This document shows positions 13,828-23,914 of a stretch of DNA of 64,000 bases, in pieces; position 1 is the stretch's first letter, and the number at the start of each line of letters is the position of its first letter. This DNA comes from Hamiltosporidium tvaerminnensis FI-OER-3-3 (Eukaryota; Fungi; Microsporidia): contig CM061256.1 of NCBI GenBank assembly GCA_022605425.2, forward strand, positions 612,573 to 676,572, read 5' to 3'. The notes below the pieces were generated by a model. The model ran no database searches and had not been told where the DNA came from. It saw only the letters and a list, made by a program, of their open reading frames with translations. A program made the position numbers and the translations under genes.

Positions 13828-16470
13828 ATGGAAAACATCGGTATAGATATCGGAACATTTAAAACTGTAATTTCTTCTTCTCACGAAAAAGGAAGAATAA
13901 TTTACGACGAACTTTCAAAGCGGTCATTTCCCACAGCCATACAACTTACATCTCCAAAACGAAGATTTGGCAATTTAGTTATTCAGTCACGAATAAAAAT
14001 TAACAAATTGTTTACCACCGACCTCACCGACCAACATAACCTAACACACACAAACATGTTTCTTCAATACTGTCGCCGACTCATTGCACACACAACACCC
14101 ACCACAAACATAACACTTTCTATTCCATACACCTTCACAGACATACACAAACGTACAATTCTTTCTCTTTTCTCACATCCCACCTCCACAGTCACTCTTA
14201 TACAAGACACAACAGCCACTGCATTAGCAAGTTTACTTAAAATTGAAAAAAAATCAAAATTTTTAAATATTATAGACCTTGGATACTCTAAAACCACATC
14301 TTCTTCCTTTACACTTACCTCCTCACTAACTCCTATATACCTCTCTGGTATACCAATAGGTTCTAAAGATATAGATAAAGCTACATTATCATACCTCTCT
14401 ATAAAATACCCATCCATTATAAATCATACACATCGTATAGATATTGATTATATGAAAACACTTTTAAATTCCACACCCACAGTACAAATGTGTATTGAAT
14501 TACCAGAAACATCTCAAAATATAGAAATATCACAACAAGAATATGAAGAAGCAAATAAAGAAGTTTTATTAAATTTAGAAGAATTCTTTTTTAATTATCA
14601 ACAACACATCATTAAGACAAGTAATAGTTTAGAAGATGATGAGGATATTGAAGGGGGTGTTAATAATAACGGTAGTAAATTAGAGGGTGTTAATAATAAC
14701 GGTAGTAAACAACAGGGTGTTAATGACACTACAAATGAACAACAGGGTGTTAATAATAGTACTAATGAACAAGACCCTGTTAATAACACTACTAATGAAC
14801 AAGACCCTCTTATCAATAATAACAATCCCTCTATAATTGTTGTTGGTGGTAACAGTAACAACTATTTGATAAGAAAAATTCTTACAAAATATTTCAAAGT
14901 TTCTTTTAATTTAAACGCAGACGAGTCAGTATCTAACGGGTCAGCATTTTCTACCTTTTTTTATTCTCCATTTTCTTTATCAAAAGTAACTTATAAAGAT
15001 ATTTTATATAACACTATATTTATAGATAACCAAGTACTTTTTAAAAGTGGTACTCTTATACCTTCACCACCTCTTAAAGTTACTTATAAAAAGAAAAATA
15101 ATTTTAGTGTTTTTTTAAAAGATAACAATGATAAAATAGGAAGTGTTAGTGTTTTTCTTAAAGAAGATAAAACAGTAGAAGTTAGTTTATTTATAGGATT
15201 GGATAGAAATGGTATTGTAAGAGTAGAGAAAGTAGAAATTAATAATAAAGAGATAGATGAGTCACAGGGTAGTGTATGTGGTGGTGAGAATGTAGAGAAT
15301 GTAGAGGATAATAGTAATATTAAAGATACAACTACTAAAGACAATACAAATGACAAGGATGATGGTTCTATTATAAATTCTTACAAATTCGAGATAAGTG
15401 GATTAAATCAAGATTATATAAAGATAGCTTTAGAAGAAGAATTAAAATGTAGAAAAAAAGAAGAAGAATATGAAATAATAGGAAATATGAGAAATGGATT
15501 GGAAATGGGAATAAAAAAATTATTACAAAGAATAGAGGTATTAGGTGTGGAGGGAGAGGGAAGAGGAATGGTTGGAGTGGTAGAAGAAATAAAGGAAGAT
15601 TTGGGTTTTATGGAGTTGAGTGGAAGTGTGGAGGAAGAAAACAAATTAAATGAAGAAATTCGAATAAAATTAAAAAATGTGGATAATTTGTTGAGAGGAA
15701 TAGAAGAAGAAAAATATAAAAAAATAAATGAAATTTTGATGGAAGCAGAGGGAGTGGTTAGAGAAGCAGAGAGTGTTAAGGGAGATGTAGGGTTAGGGTT
15801 GGTTCTTTATAAATTAAAAGGTGGGTGTTTTAGAATGAGAAAAGTTTTAAGTGAATTTGAAAATATTGATGTTTTGTTTGGAGAGACAGTGGATTGTAGG
15901 ATTGAGAAGGAAGTTAGAGAAATGATAGGCAAAGTAAGAAGTGAAATAATAAGAAGAAAAGAGGAAATAGAAAGGGAAAGGATTGAGAGGGAGAAGGAAG
16001 AGAGAGAGAAGAAGGATAGTGAGAGTGTGAAGAATGCTGAGAGGAAGGAGGAGAAGAGCGACAAACAGAAGATGGAGGAAGAAGGTAGGAAGAGTGGTGA
16101 GAGGAAGGAGGAGAAGAGCGACAAACAGAAGATGGAGGAAGAAGGTAGGAAGAGTGGTGAGAGGAAGGAGGAGAAGGGTGACAAACAGAAGATGGAGGAA
16201 GAAGGTAGGAAGGATGGTGAGAGGAAGGAGGAGAAGGGTGACAAACAGAATATTGAGGAAGAAGAGAAGGATCAACCTACGACAGAGGTAGAGAATATGG
16301 AGGGTGAGGCTGATTGTGTTATTGTAGAGGAAGTGATAGAGGAGGTAACAGTAGAAGAACAGGGTGTTAATGATAATAAGGAAGGTATTGAGAATAAAAC
16401 CTTTAATGATAATAATTTTATAAAAGAAGATCAAAGGAAAGATAAAAAGGTAAAAGAAGGAGAAGAATGA
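13828..16470 (+). CDS. Divergent Hsp70-superfamily chaperone, Hsp110/Sse1-like, with low-complexity repeat insertions
   Basis: IGIDIGTFKT (phosphate 1), IIDLGYSKT (phosphate 2), IVVGGNSN and LNADESVSNG (NADEAVA-like), LDRNGIVRV, acidic insertion and GNMRNGLE (Hsp110-like 'KNALE'). Confidence 0.8.
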   Translation: MENIGIDIGTFKTVISSSHEKGRIIYDELSKRSFPTAIQLTSPKRRFGNLVIQSRIKINKLFTTDLTDQHNLTHTNMFLQYCRRLIAHTTPTTNITLSIPYTFTDIHKRTILSLFSHPTSTVTLIQDTTATALASLLKIEKKSKFLNIIDLGYSKTTSSSFTLTSSLTPIYLSGIPIGSKDIDKATLSYLSIKYPSIINHTHRIDIDYMKTLLNSTPTVQMCIELPETSQNIEISQQEYEEANKEVLLNLEEFFFNYQQHIIKTSNSLEDDEDIEGGVNNNGSKLEGVNNNGSKQQGVNDTTNEQQGVNNSTNEQDPVNNTTNEQDPLINNNNPSIIVVGGNSNNYLIRKILTKYFKVSFNLNADESVSNGSAFSTFFYSPFSLSKVTYKDILYNTIFIDNQVLFKSGTLIPSPPLKVTYKKKNNFSVFLKDNNDKIGSVSVFLKEDKTVEVSLFIGLDRNGIVRVEKVEINNKEIDESQGSVCGGENVENVEDNSNIKDTTTKDNTNDKDDGSIINSYKFEISGLNQDYIKIALEEELKCRKKEEEYEIIGNMRNGLEMGIKKLLQRIEVLGVEGEGRGMVGVVEEIKEDLGFMELSGSVEEENKLNEEIRIKLKNVDNLLRGIEEEKYKKINEILMEAEGVVREAESVKGDVGLGLVLYKLKGGCFRMRKVLSEFENIDVLFGETVDCRIEKEVREMIGKVRSEIIRRKEEIERERIEREKEEREKKDSESVKNAERKEEKSDKQKMEEEGRKSGERKEEKSDKQKMEEEGRKSGERKEEKGDKQKMEEEGRKDGERKEEKGDKQNIEEEEKDQPTTEVENMEGEADCVIVEEVIEEVTVEEQGVNDNKEGIENKTFNDNNFIKEDQRKDKKVKEGEE
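14645..14825 (+). repeat. 30-bp in-frame minisatellite encoding xQGVNNxTNE units inside the Hsp110-like NBD
   Basis: About 6 units of gaacaacagggtgttaataatagtactaat-like sequence. Confidence 0.8.
16038..16262 (+). repeat. 60-bp in-frame tandem repeat (ERKEEKSDKQKMEEEGRKSG, ~3.7 copies)
   Basis: Near-identical 60-nt lines at 16021-16260. Confidence 0.9.
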
Positions 16471-16709
16471 TAAATAACTAAAGGGGTTTTATTTTTATGT
16501 AATTCTATTTTATTATAAAGGGTGTTAATTATTATATGCTAAAAACTTTTAAATAAAGGGGTTATATTCAATAGTAATTCTACTATATTATAAAGGGGTA
16601 TTAATTATCATTTTGTTATAGTGTTATAATAAAGGGGTTTTAATAACCCATATAATAATAGAGAATTAATACCTTTTAGAAACAACAAAAAAAAATATTT
16701 TAATAGAAT

Positions 16710-17240
16710 AAAACTAAACCCTTTAATTACCTTAATGTTAACTAAAACCCTTTAATTACCTATAATGTTAACTAAACCCTTTAATTACCTTAATGTTAAC
16801 TAAAACCCTTTAATTACCTATAATGTTAACTAAACCCTTTAACTACCTATAGTCTTAACTAAAACCCTTTAATTACTAATACTGTTAACTAAACCCCTTT
16901 AATTACTAATGCTGTTAACTGAACCCCTTTAATTACTAATACTGTTAACTAAACCCCTTTAATTACTAATGCTGTTAACTGAACCCCTTTAATTACTAAT
17001 ACTGTTAACTAAACCCCTTTAATTAATTATAGTGTTAACTAAAACCCTTTAATTACCTAACCTATTCTCAACTTCTTTAATTACCTACCACTATTCTTAA
17101 CACCCTTTTAATTACTTATAATGTTAACTAAAACCCTTTATTTAACTACCATCATTAGCAACACCCCTTTATTCATCTTACTTTATACTAAGATCCCTTT
17201 ATACCATCCTCTTTATACTAACACCCCTTTATTCATCTTA
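16710..17240. repeat. ~30-bp minisatellite (taactaaacccctttaattactaatactgt-like) between convergent genes
   Basis: More than 12 tandem degenerate units, related to the reverse complement of the AGGGTGTTAA repeat in the Hsp110-like CDS. Confidence 0.85.
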
Positions 17241-18128
17241 CTTTATTTCTTCACTGTTAATTTTAATGTATCTCTTCTTAACATACTGTTGGTACATTTT
17301 AACAGTCGAAGTAAAAACAAGACCAGCCAAAAGAAAAACAATTCCACCCAACAAAGCTCTCAACCCAAAATCTCTAGAAATTTCTTCTTCTGACTGTATA
17401 ACCTCTTTAGGAACAACATGTTCAGAGACATTAAGATTTACAATTTTTCTTTTACCGTCTTGTAAAATACGTTTTCTTATAACAATGACTTCTTTATATT
17501 TATGAGGATCAAATAGAGGAGAATGCATATTTTGAATTGTATTGGTTATTTTATTGTTTAAATCAACAGAAACATCATCAAACTCGTGGTGGAGAAGGTT
17601 TGTGAGGTTTTTAGGTGAAGTTTTGACTTTTCCTTGTGTAATGGATTTATGAAGAGAATTGTGAGAATTTAAAGATTTTTCGTTTTCTAAATTTGTAGAT
17701 AAAGAATACTCCGGCTTGTCTTGTGACTCAAATGGATCCGAAGAAGGAACAGGCATGTCGTATTTGCCTTGTACTTTTTCCTCGGTAAATTGCTTGCTCA
17801 TCAAATTTTTATTAAAAAATTTCGAAGAAAAATTGTTGGGTTTTGTAAAGGAATTGGTATTTTTGTTGAAAGGTAAATATTTTTGTGATAATTTACTTCC
17901 TTTATTGTATTCTTCGTCATCGGTATCACCAGAATACGGTTTATATCTCGGAATAGAAGAATAGTCAGGTGTAATCTTTTCAATTTCATTATCTTCAAAT
18001 GTATCCTGTGAATATGTGGTATTGTCACTACTGTCTTCCATTGTATGACTTAAATACAGTGGTGGTGGCTGTATTGCAGTGGTAAATAAAATGTAGAAAA
18101 ATGAGTAAAAATTTAGAAATATTTTCAT
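17238..18128 (-). CDS. Hypothetical single-pass membrane protein (signal peptide plus C-terminal TM), 296 aa
   Basis: Hydrophobic N-terminus (FYSFFYILFTTA), TM segment ALLGGIVFLLAGLVFTSTV, then a basic tail. Confidence 0.75.
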   Translation of the reverse strand: MKIFLNFYSFFYILFTTAIQPPPLYLSHTMEDSSDNTTYSQDTFEDNEIEKITPDYSSIPRYKPYSGDTDDEEYNKGSKLSQKYLPFNKNTNSFTKPNNFSSKFFNKNLMSKQFTEEKVQGKYDMPVPSSDPFESQDKPEYSLSTNLENEKSLNSHNSLHKSITQGKVKTSPKNLTNLLHHEFDDVSVDLNNKITNTIQNMHSPLFDPHKYKEVIVIRKRILQDGKRKIVNLNVSEHVVPKEVIQSEEEISRDFGLRALLGGIVFLLAGLVFTSTVKMYQQYVKKRYIKINSEEIK

Positions 18129-18569
18129 TTTTGTTTTTCTTTTTTTCTTAGTTTTTTATATTTCTTTTGAGTTACATAAGTGTTTCACTATGAAACTTTT
18201 GATTGTAATAAATTGGTTTCAAAATTATTTATAAAATATTTTATAATTTAATTTATAGTTTATTTTTCATAATAATATCTTTTAAACTCACTATGGTTTA
18301 TTTTAATTTATCTAAGAGTTTATTTTAAAGTATTATATATTTTATTTGAGTTTATTTTTAAAGTATTATATATTTTATTTTTATGGTATTCTATAATTTA
18401 TTTAAGAGTTTATTTTTAAAGTTATTTTATTTTCTAATTTCCTTAAATATAATATAATAAATTATTAAAATAACCCCTCAAATAGTATTACCTTGAACAT
18501 AAAAAAGGTTTAGAGATTTAAAAAGATTACATGTTTAGAATTATTTTTATAGGAATTTTAAAGAAAATT

Positions 18570-19245
18570 TAGAAACTATTTTTCTAATTTTTATGAAATT
18601 AAAATGTGTTTGACTATTTTTAAGAGATTAACATGGTTATGGATTTTAGTAGATAATTGCTCTCATAACACTGCATTAGAATTCTTTAGATACTTACATT
18701 CAAAAGCTTTTCATCTTTAAAATGTTGAGAAATTCGTTTCATACTGAAGAGGTTGCCTTTGTGCTCGTATATTACTTTTGCCTAAAGTGTGTTACTGTAG
18801 TTTGAAACATATTTTAAGAACTTTCAAAACCAGCGGAATTCCTACTTACTCTACACTTACCGAACCCAATAAAGTCTCCATTAAGATATATATTGGCAAC
18901 TTAGATAAGGCCTATCTAGACAGAGCAATGTCATATTAACAGATATAACCTGCTATTTAGATTTCCCAGTTTTGTAAAGGTTTTTATTTTTATATTTTAT
19001 CCAAGCGCCAAGTCTTCTAACCCGAAGAGCAAAGCCATTTCCATGCTTTTACATAGCAATTACCTACAAATTAGTCCGGATCTCTGATCTAGTTACATAA
19101 AAAACTACAAAATCAATTTGTAAACAAGGTTTCGTAGACCCCCTTCTACATATAAAAATTCCTAGAGGACACCGAAAATTCAAAATTTTAGTTTCACATA
19201 CTCATGATCAAGCATATAATTTGTAATTGTTTATCTCCTTTTCTC
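18570..19245 (-). mobile_element. Older, diverged near-full-length copy of the SINE-like element
   Basis: Colinear with the reverse complement of 20435-21150 (e.g. cttactctacactt, gcaatgtcata, aagtcttctaacccga, agtttcacatactcat). Confidence 0.75.
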
Positions 19246-19819
19246 ATAAATAATTTAGACAAATGGATTTTTAATTGCAAAACTATTACATTTTGCTATA
19301 TTTTCAATGTATTTATAAATATAAGTCCTCAATATTTTTTTTAATTTCATTATAATTTATCGATATAGGCTATAAAATATACGGTAAAATAAAATTTTAT
19401 ACTTTGATTGTAAAAAATTGGTATTCTCTATCAAAAACACTTCTAATAATGTTTTGAACATCTTGGTAGCTTACTTTTAATCATTAAATGCGCTATTATG
19501 TGTATAGATCTATCTTACTATATGCATATTTAAATAGAGCATGTGATTGTTGTATTTCCAAATTTTGATAGTATATGTATGTATAAAAAGATTCATAAAG
19601 AAGTATAACTGATTTGAATTTCTGCAAGAGATGTTCATATTTAATTTTTTTAAAAAATTGTGCTTTTTCCTTAATTTGTTCAATCATAAAATATATTTCT
19701 TACATACCTATTTTAGTACCCTTTTACCTTTTAGTTTCGGCGTTTCACAAATGAAAGTTTTTGATCTTTTTCCTTTTATCTTTTGTAATTTGAAATTATA
19801 GGGTTTGGGCCTATAGATC

Positions 19820-19923
19820 CTGTGTGGTTATTATCTCACCACAATAGCAGAAATAATTTTAATACGAATTGTACACACTCATTGCCAAAAAGTTGGTTTT
19901 TAATATGGTTAACATCTCTTCAC
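19820..19923 (-). mobile_element. 5'-end fragment of the SINE-like element
   Basis: gtgtggtt...cacactcattgccaa...ttcac matches the reverse complement of 20435-20545 and stops at the same 5' boundary. Confidence 0.55.
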
Positions 19924-20434
19924 TTTATATAAAATTTATACAAAACGAAATTAGAACAAAGTTTATTTAAAAATAAATGTAAGTTTGTTTTTTTAAATAT
20001 ATTATTATTTTTCATTTGCCATAGTATGTAAGACTCATATGACTTTTTTGCAGCTAATATATGCTTGAGAACTTTATGTTCTAAACCATCTAATTCTTTT
20101 TGAGAATATTCACCAAGTACATATGACCTAATTTCAGATTCCTGCTTTTTGTATTGATTTGTATATTTCATGCCTTCATTTGAATAATTCAAAGTTTCGG
20201 TCATTCCCTAAGGTCGATTACGATATAGATTGCTAGAAGATTTGAGAAATGAATTGGTATTCCGAACATTTGTGTGAGACATCTTAAAACATACAAGGAA
20301 AAATATGAAAAGAGAAAGAATCATTTGAGATTATATTTTGGTATAATTTATAAATGATTTTACTAAAAGAATTCTAATTCGCCAAAAAGTAAAATTCCAT
20401 TTAATTTTATATAAACGCAATTATGTATTGTTTA

Positions 20435-21157
20435 GTGAAGGAAGGATAACCACATAAAAAACTTTCTGCTTGGCAATGAGTGTGTGAAACTGGTGTGAAG
20501 ATAATTGTTTGGATTTTTGGTGGTAATACAACCACACTACATCTTCGGTTGTTCATGGGAGTTGTTATGAAGGGGAGAGGTCTGAGAAATGGAGAAACTT
20601 TTTCTACAAATTTATTTGGTGTTTTTTACGTAACCAGATTGCAGACTGCAGCTGAACATGTAGATAATTTCCATGTAAAAGCTGGAAAACTAGCCTTGCT
20701 CACTCGGGTTAGAAGACTTAGCGCCTGGGAAATATAAAAATGTAAGTCATTTAAAGCCAGGAAAGCTAAGTAGCAGATTATACCTGTTGGTATGACATTG
20801 CACTGTCTAAAGGGACCCATGTAAGTCTCTGAAATATATCTTAGAATGAAGTTTATTAAGTTCCGAAAGTGTAGAGTAAGTGGGAATGCTGCATAGTCTT
20901 GGGGGAGCGCAGAGGGGGCTTCGATCACACTCCATGAAACGGACATTAACGAACCCTGGGCAACTGCCTCGCCTATTAATTAGGTTCTACACACCTGGTA
21001 GATGAAATACTTTGGAAAGTAGGTATCGCAGGGGTTACCGATGGAGTTTTGGGGTAGCAGTTATTTATGGTAAACCTAGAACTGCGTTAATGTCATAAAA
21101 ACAAATATAACACTTGCCACTGTTTTAAAAATATGTGATATTTTTAAATAAAGTAAA
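20435..21157 (+). mobile_element. Apparently full-length ~720-nt non-coding SINE-like element
   Basis: GC-richer than flanks, three other copies in the window, AATAAA at the 3' end, imperfect flanking direct repeat ATGTATTGTTTAGT (20423-20436) / ATGTATTGGTTAAGT (21158-21172). No conserved ORF between copies. Confidence 0.75.
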
Positions 21158-22353
21158 ATGTATTGGTTAAGTTTGATTACAACCTGAACATATCCTTTAA
21201 TGTTTTAATTTTACGTGTTTAAACTCCAAAATAATAATTTTTTAAGTTATACGCTAGAAAAAAAACCATAATTTGATAGCTTGAAATCACTCGTTTATAA
21301 GCTTAATTTATTTAAAGATAGAAAACAAAAAAAGTAGTAAATTTTGTTCGAATTAAATTATTCAATATAATTTATAATAAAATATTGATTTTTTCAAAGT
21401 ACTTGTTAATATAGTAAATGAAATTAACGAGTAAAAAATTTATTTTTAAAATTTGATTTGAATGAATATTACAATTTACTTTTAGACTTTTGAATCTATT
21501 TTTCTACTTCAATAATGGTTTAAAGCTTTCTTTTTAAAAAAATTATTTAAATTTTATATTTTTATAAGATAATCACAAAACAGAAGTAATTTTATTAAAC
21601 ATTCGAAAATAATTATTTCAGTTGAAATTATATACTTTGTCCCAAATACTTACAAAGAATATAAAAAACATAAATTAAGAATGAATTATAAAAATAGCAA
21701 AAATTGGTTAACTTGGTATCAGAACTAATTAAAAAAGAAGACATTTATGACTTTAGATTTGAAAAAATAGTCCTTTATTATTCAATAAAAACCTTTTCTA
21801 AGGAGCTTTTATCGAAATGAAACATTTAAAAATACAAGACTTGCTATATTTATTTGAAAATAGTCTTTGTTCAATAAATGACAACAAGAAAATATTTGAG
21901 TATTTAAGATGTCTGATTGGGTTTAAAAATAATTAACAATAAATTATGAATAAAATTGTTATAAACTTTAAAAACAAACTTGATAAACTTTATCAAAAAA
22001 TCTACCTGATATATAACAAAAAAGCCTATTCACAGTAATTTTTTTAGTCGAGAATGTTTACAGCGATTCTTTTAATTCTTAACCTCAAATATAAGTTAAA
22101 TTCATCTGGGTTATTTATGGTATCAAAGCTTAATAAATATGTTTATACTTTGTAAATCAGGCTTTTTTGCAGTCAAATAGCTTGTAACTTCTTCTAAGAT
22201 TCGGAACAATTTTTTAAGTTTTAAAAAGAATCTACAATTATTCTTTAATAATTAATGTAAAAAATAGATAAAATAATCGTAAAGATAGAAAAAAAATTCA
22301 TAAAAATATACCTAACGAAGGTCCAAAGAAAAAGAAAATTTATTTTAAATATT

Positions 22354-23652
22354 TTAATAATATTTAATTCTCTTTGGTATCCGCCCTTCATCTCCATATT
22401 CCTTCCTTTTATTCTCTTTTATGATCTTTTCAGGCGTAATTCTAGGCTCTTTATAACAACTTCTCTCACTTAAAAACGTAAAAAAAATATTACGAACAGC
22501 TTGATATTCGCTGTGTGATAATTCGGGTAAAAGTCTGATTACTTTGTTTGTTTTCACAGCAAAGCTTGAAGCTTGACTAAATTTAAATTTTTCAATTTCA
22601 GTATCATCGAACCAATAAGGATTTTGGTGTTGAATTTCAAGCTTTCTTTTTTCAAAAAGTTCTTTAGATATTTCAGAGCATTTACAGTAAATTGAAAATC
22701 TTTTTCCATTCCCTTTCACCGAAAACCTTGATTCTACTTTTTTACACTGAAAACCTTTACTTCCAATATCGAAATCGTTAAATTTACAAAAGCAAAAAAT
22801 AAAATCATAAATTTCATCAAAAAAACTGCTGAATCGCGCACCATAAGCACTCAGCCTTTTTCTAGGTTTCCGAAGAAAATACTTAGCAAAATGTTTATAA
22901 TCAGGATCCAAAAGATTAAATACTTCCGTCTTTCTTCTTTGTTTCGGATCCCTATACATGGACAAAAATAAGTATCCAAAACTCTTCATATCTGTTTTAG
23001 TACCGTGTTTTTGCTTCACTTTAATTCCAGACCAAATTTTGCAATATTTAACTTTTGTTTCTTCCAAAGATGACCTAAAAACATGCATTCTAATCCTATA
23101 TGCAGTATAAGACAATCTAAAATCTGTCAAAACAATTTTTTCGTTTTTGTCTATGAATATGTTATATAGGTCAATAGCATTGTGACAAATATCTTTATGA
23201 TGCAAATACGCCAAAGCATCTAAAATTTGTTTTATAATTTCTTTTTTCTTAACATCGAATACGTCTAAAGTAGGAATATAATTATATAAATTATTTTCAT
23301 AAATTGGCATTACAACACACGGTCTTCTTTTAATTTGTAAAGTAGCTTTTACCTTCCAAAAATTTTCGTGTTCTATAATATTAGAAATATCACTTTTATT
23401 TTGAAATCTAAAGCCGTGTTTTTGTTTTCTTGGAATTACAATACCGACACTTTCTTCGGATAGCACGTATTTAAAACAATAAACATATGAATATTTTCCA
23501 GCGAAAATAAATTTCCCAGAATAATAACCATGGTTCGATAAACCTTTACTAAATTTCTTCAATACATAGTTATGATCTCGCTTAGATTTAGTGCACATTA
23601 CAACATATAAAAACATTAATGAATAAATTACATTCCATCCAAATATTTTCAT
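22354..23652 (-). CDS. Signal-peptide-bearing protein kinase-like protein, probable pseudokinase
   Basis: Kinase-fold landmarks: QILDALAYLHHKDICH, NIFID, LTDF, DMKSFG. The catalytic motifs are altered (HRD to HNA, DFG to DFR, VAIK to VGIV). Hydrophobic N-terminus. Confidence 0.8.
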   Translation of the reverse strand: MKIFGWNVIYSLMFLYVVMCTKSKRDHNYVLKKFSKGLSNHGYYSGKFIFAGKYSYVYCFKYVLSEESVGIVIPRKQKHGFRFQNKSDISNIIEHENFWKVKATLQIKRRPCVVMPIYENNLYNYIPTLDVFDVKKKEIIKQILDALAYLHHKDICHNAIDLYNIFIDKNEKIVLTDFRLSYTAYRIRMHVFRSSLEETKVKYCKIWSGIKVKQKHGTKTDMKSFGYLFLSMYRDPKQRRKTEVFNLLDPDYKHFAKYFLRKPRKRLSAYGARFSSFFDEIYDFIFCFCKFNDFDIGSKGFQCKKVESRFSVKGNGKRFSIYCKCSEISKELFEKRKLEIQHQNPYWFDDTEIEKFKFSQASSFAVKTNKVIRLLPELSHSEYQAVRNIFFTFLSERSCYKEPRITPEKIIKENKRKEYGDEGRIPKRIKYY

Positions 23653-23879
23653 TACCGCATTTTCATTTCTTAATATATAAATATATTTTTAATTTTGTAA
23701 AATTTCTAATTAAAGAATATTAATTTCTTAGATATATTAAGATTTATAAAAAAAATTCGCTTTTTATTGAAAGTTGTTCTAATTAAAAAATATAAATTTT
23801 TTAAATATATTATAATCTATGAATGAACATTGAATTTGCTTTTTATTTAAATTTGTATTATAATAAACTAAATTTTTTT

Positions 23880-23914
23880 AAGATTTAAGATTTAAGATTT
23901 AAGATTTAAGATTT
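23880..23914. repeat. Heptamer microsatellite (AGATTTA)n
   Basis: About 5 tandem copies. Confidence 0.8.

Noticed and set aside
15788-15800. TAGGGTTAGGGTT inside the Hsp110-like CDS as a healing scar
   Set aside because: In frame within a very G-rich segment with no junction signature. Plausible by chance.
14064-16434. Antisense and alternate-frame ORFs over the Hsp110-like gene (likewise those over the retroelements)
   Set aside because: Shadow ORFs caused by low-complexity, skewed coding sequence on the other strand.
16710-17240. CRISPR-like array
   Set aside because: Degenerate tandem units without unique spacers, eukaryotic context, no cas genes.
20572-20650. SINE-like element as RNase P/MRP or telomerase RNA (GGAGAGGTCTGAG; CTAACCC on the opposite strand)
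   Set aside because: The RNase P-like stretch is not conserved in the second copy and has no properly placed CR-V. CTAACCC is only 7 nt and antisense to the inferred transcript.
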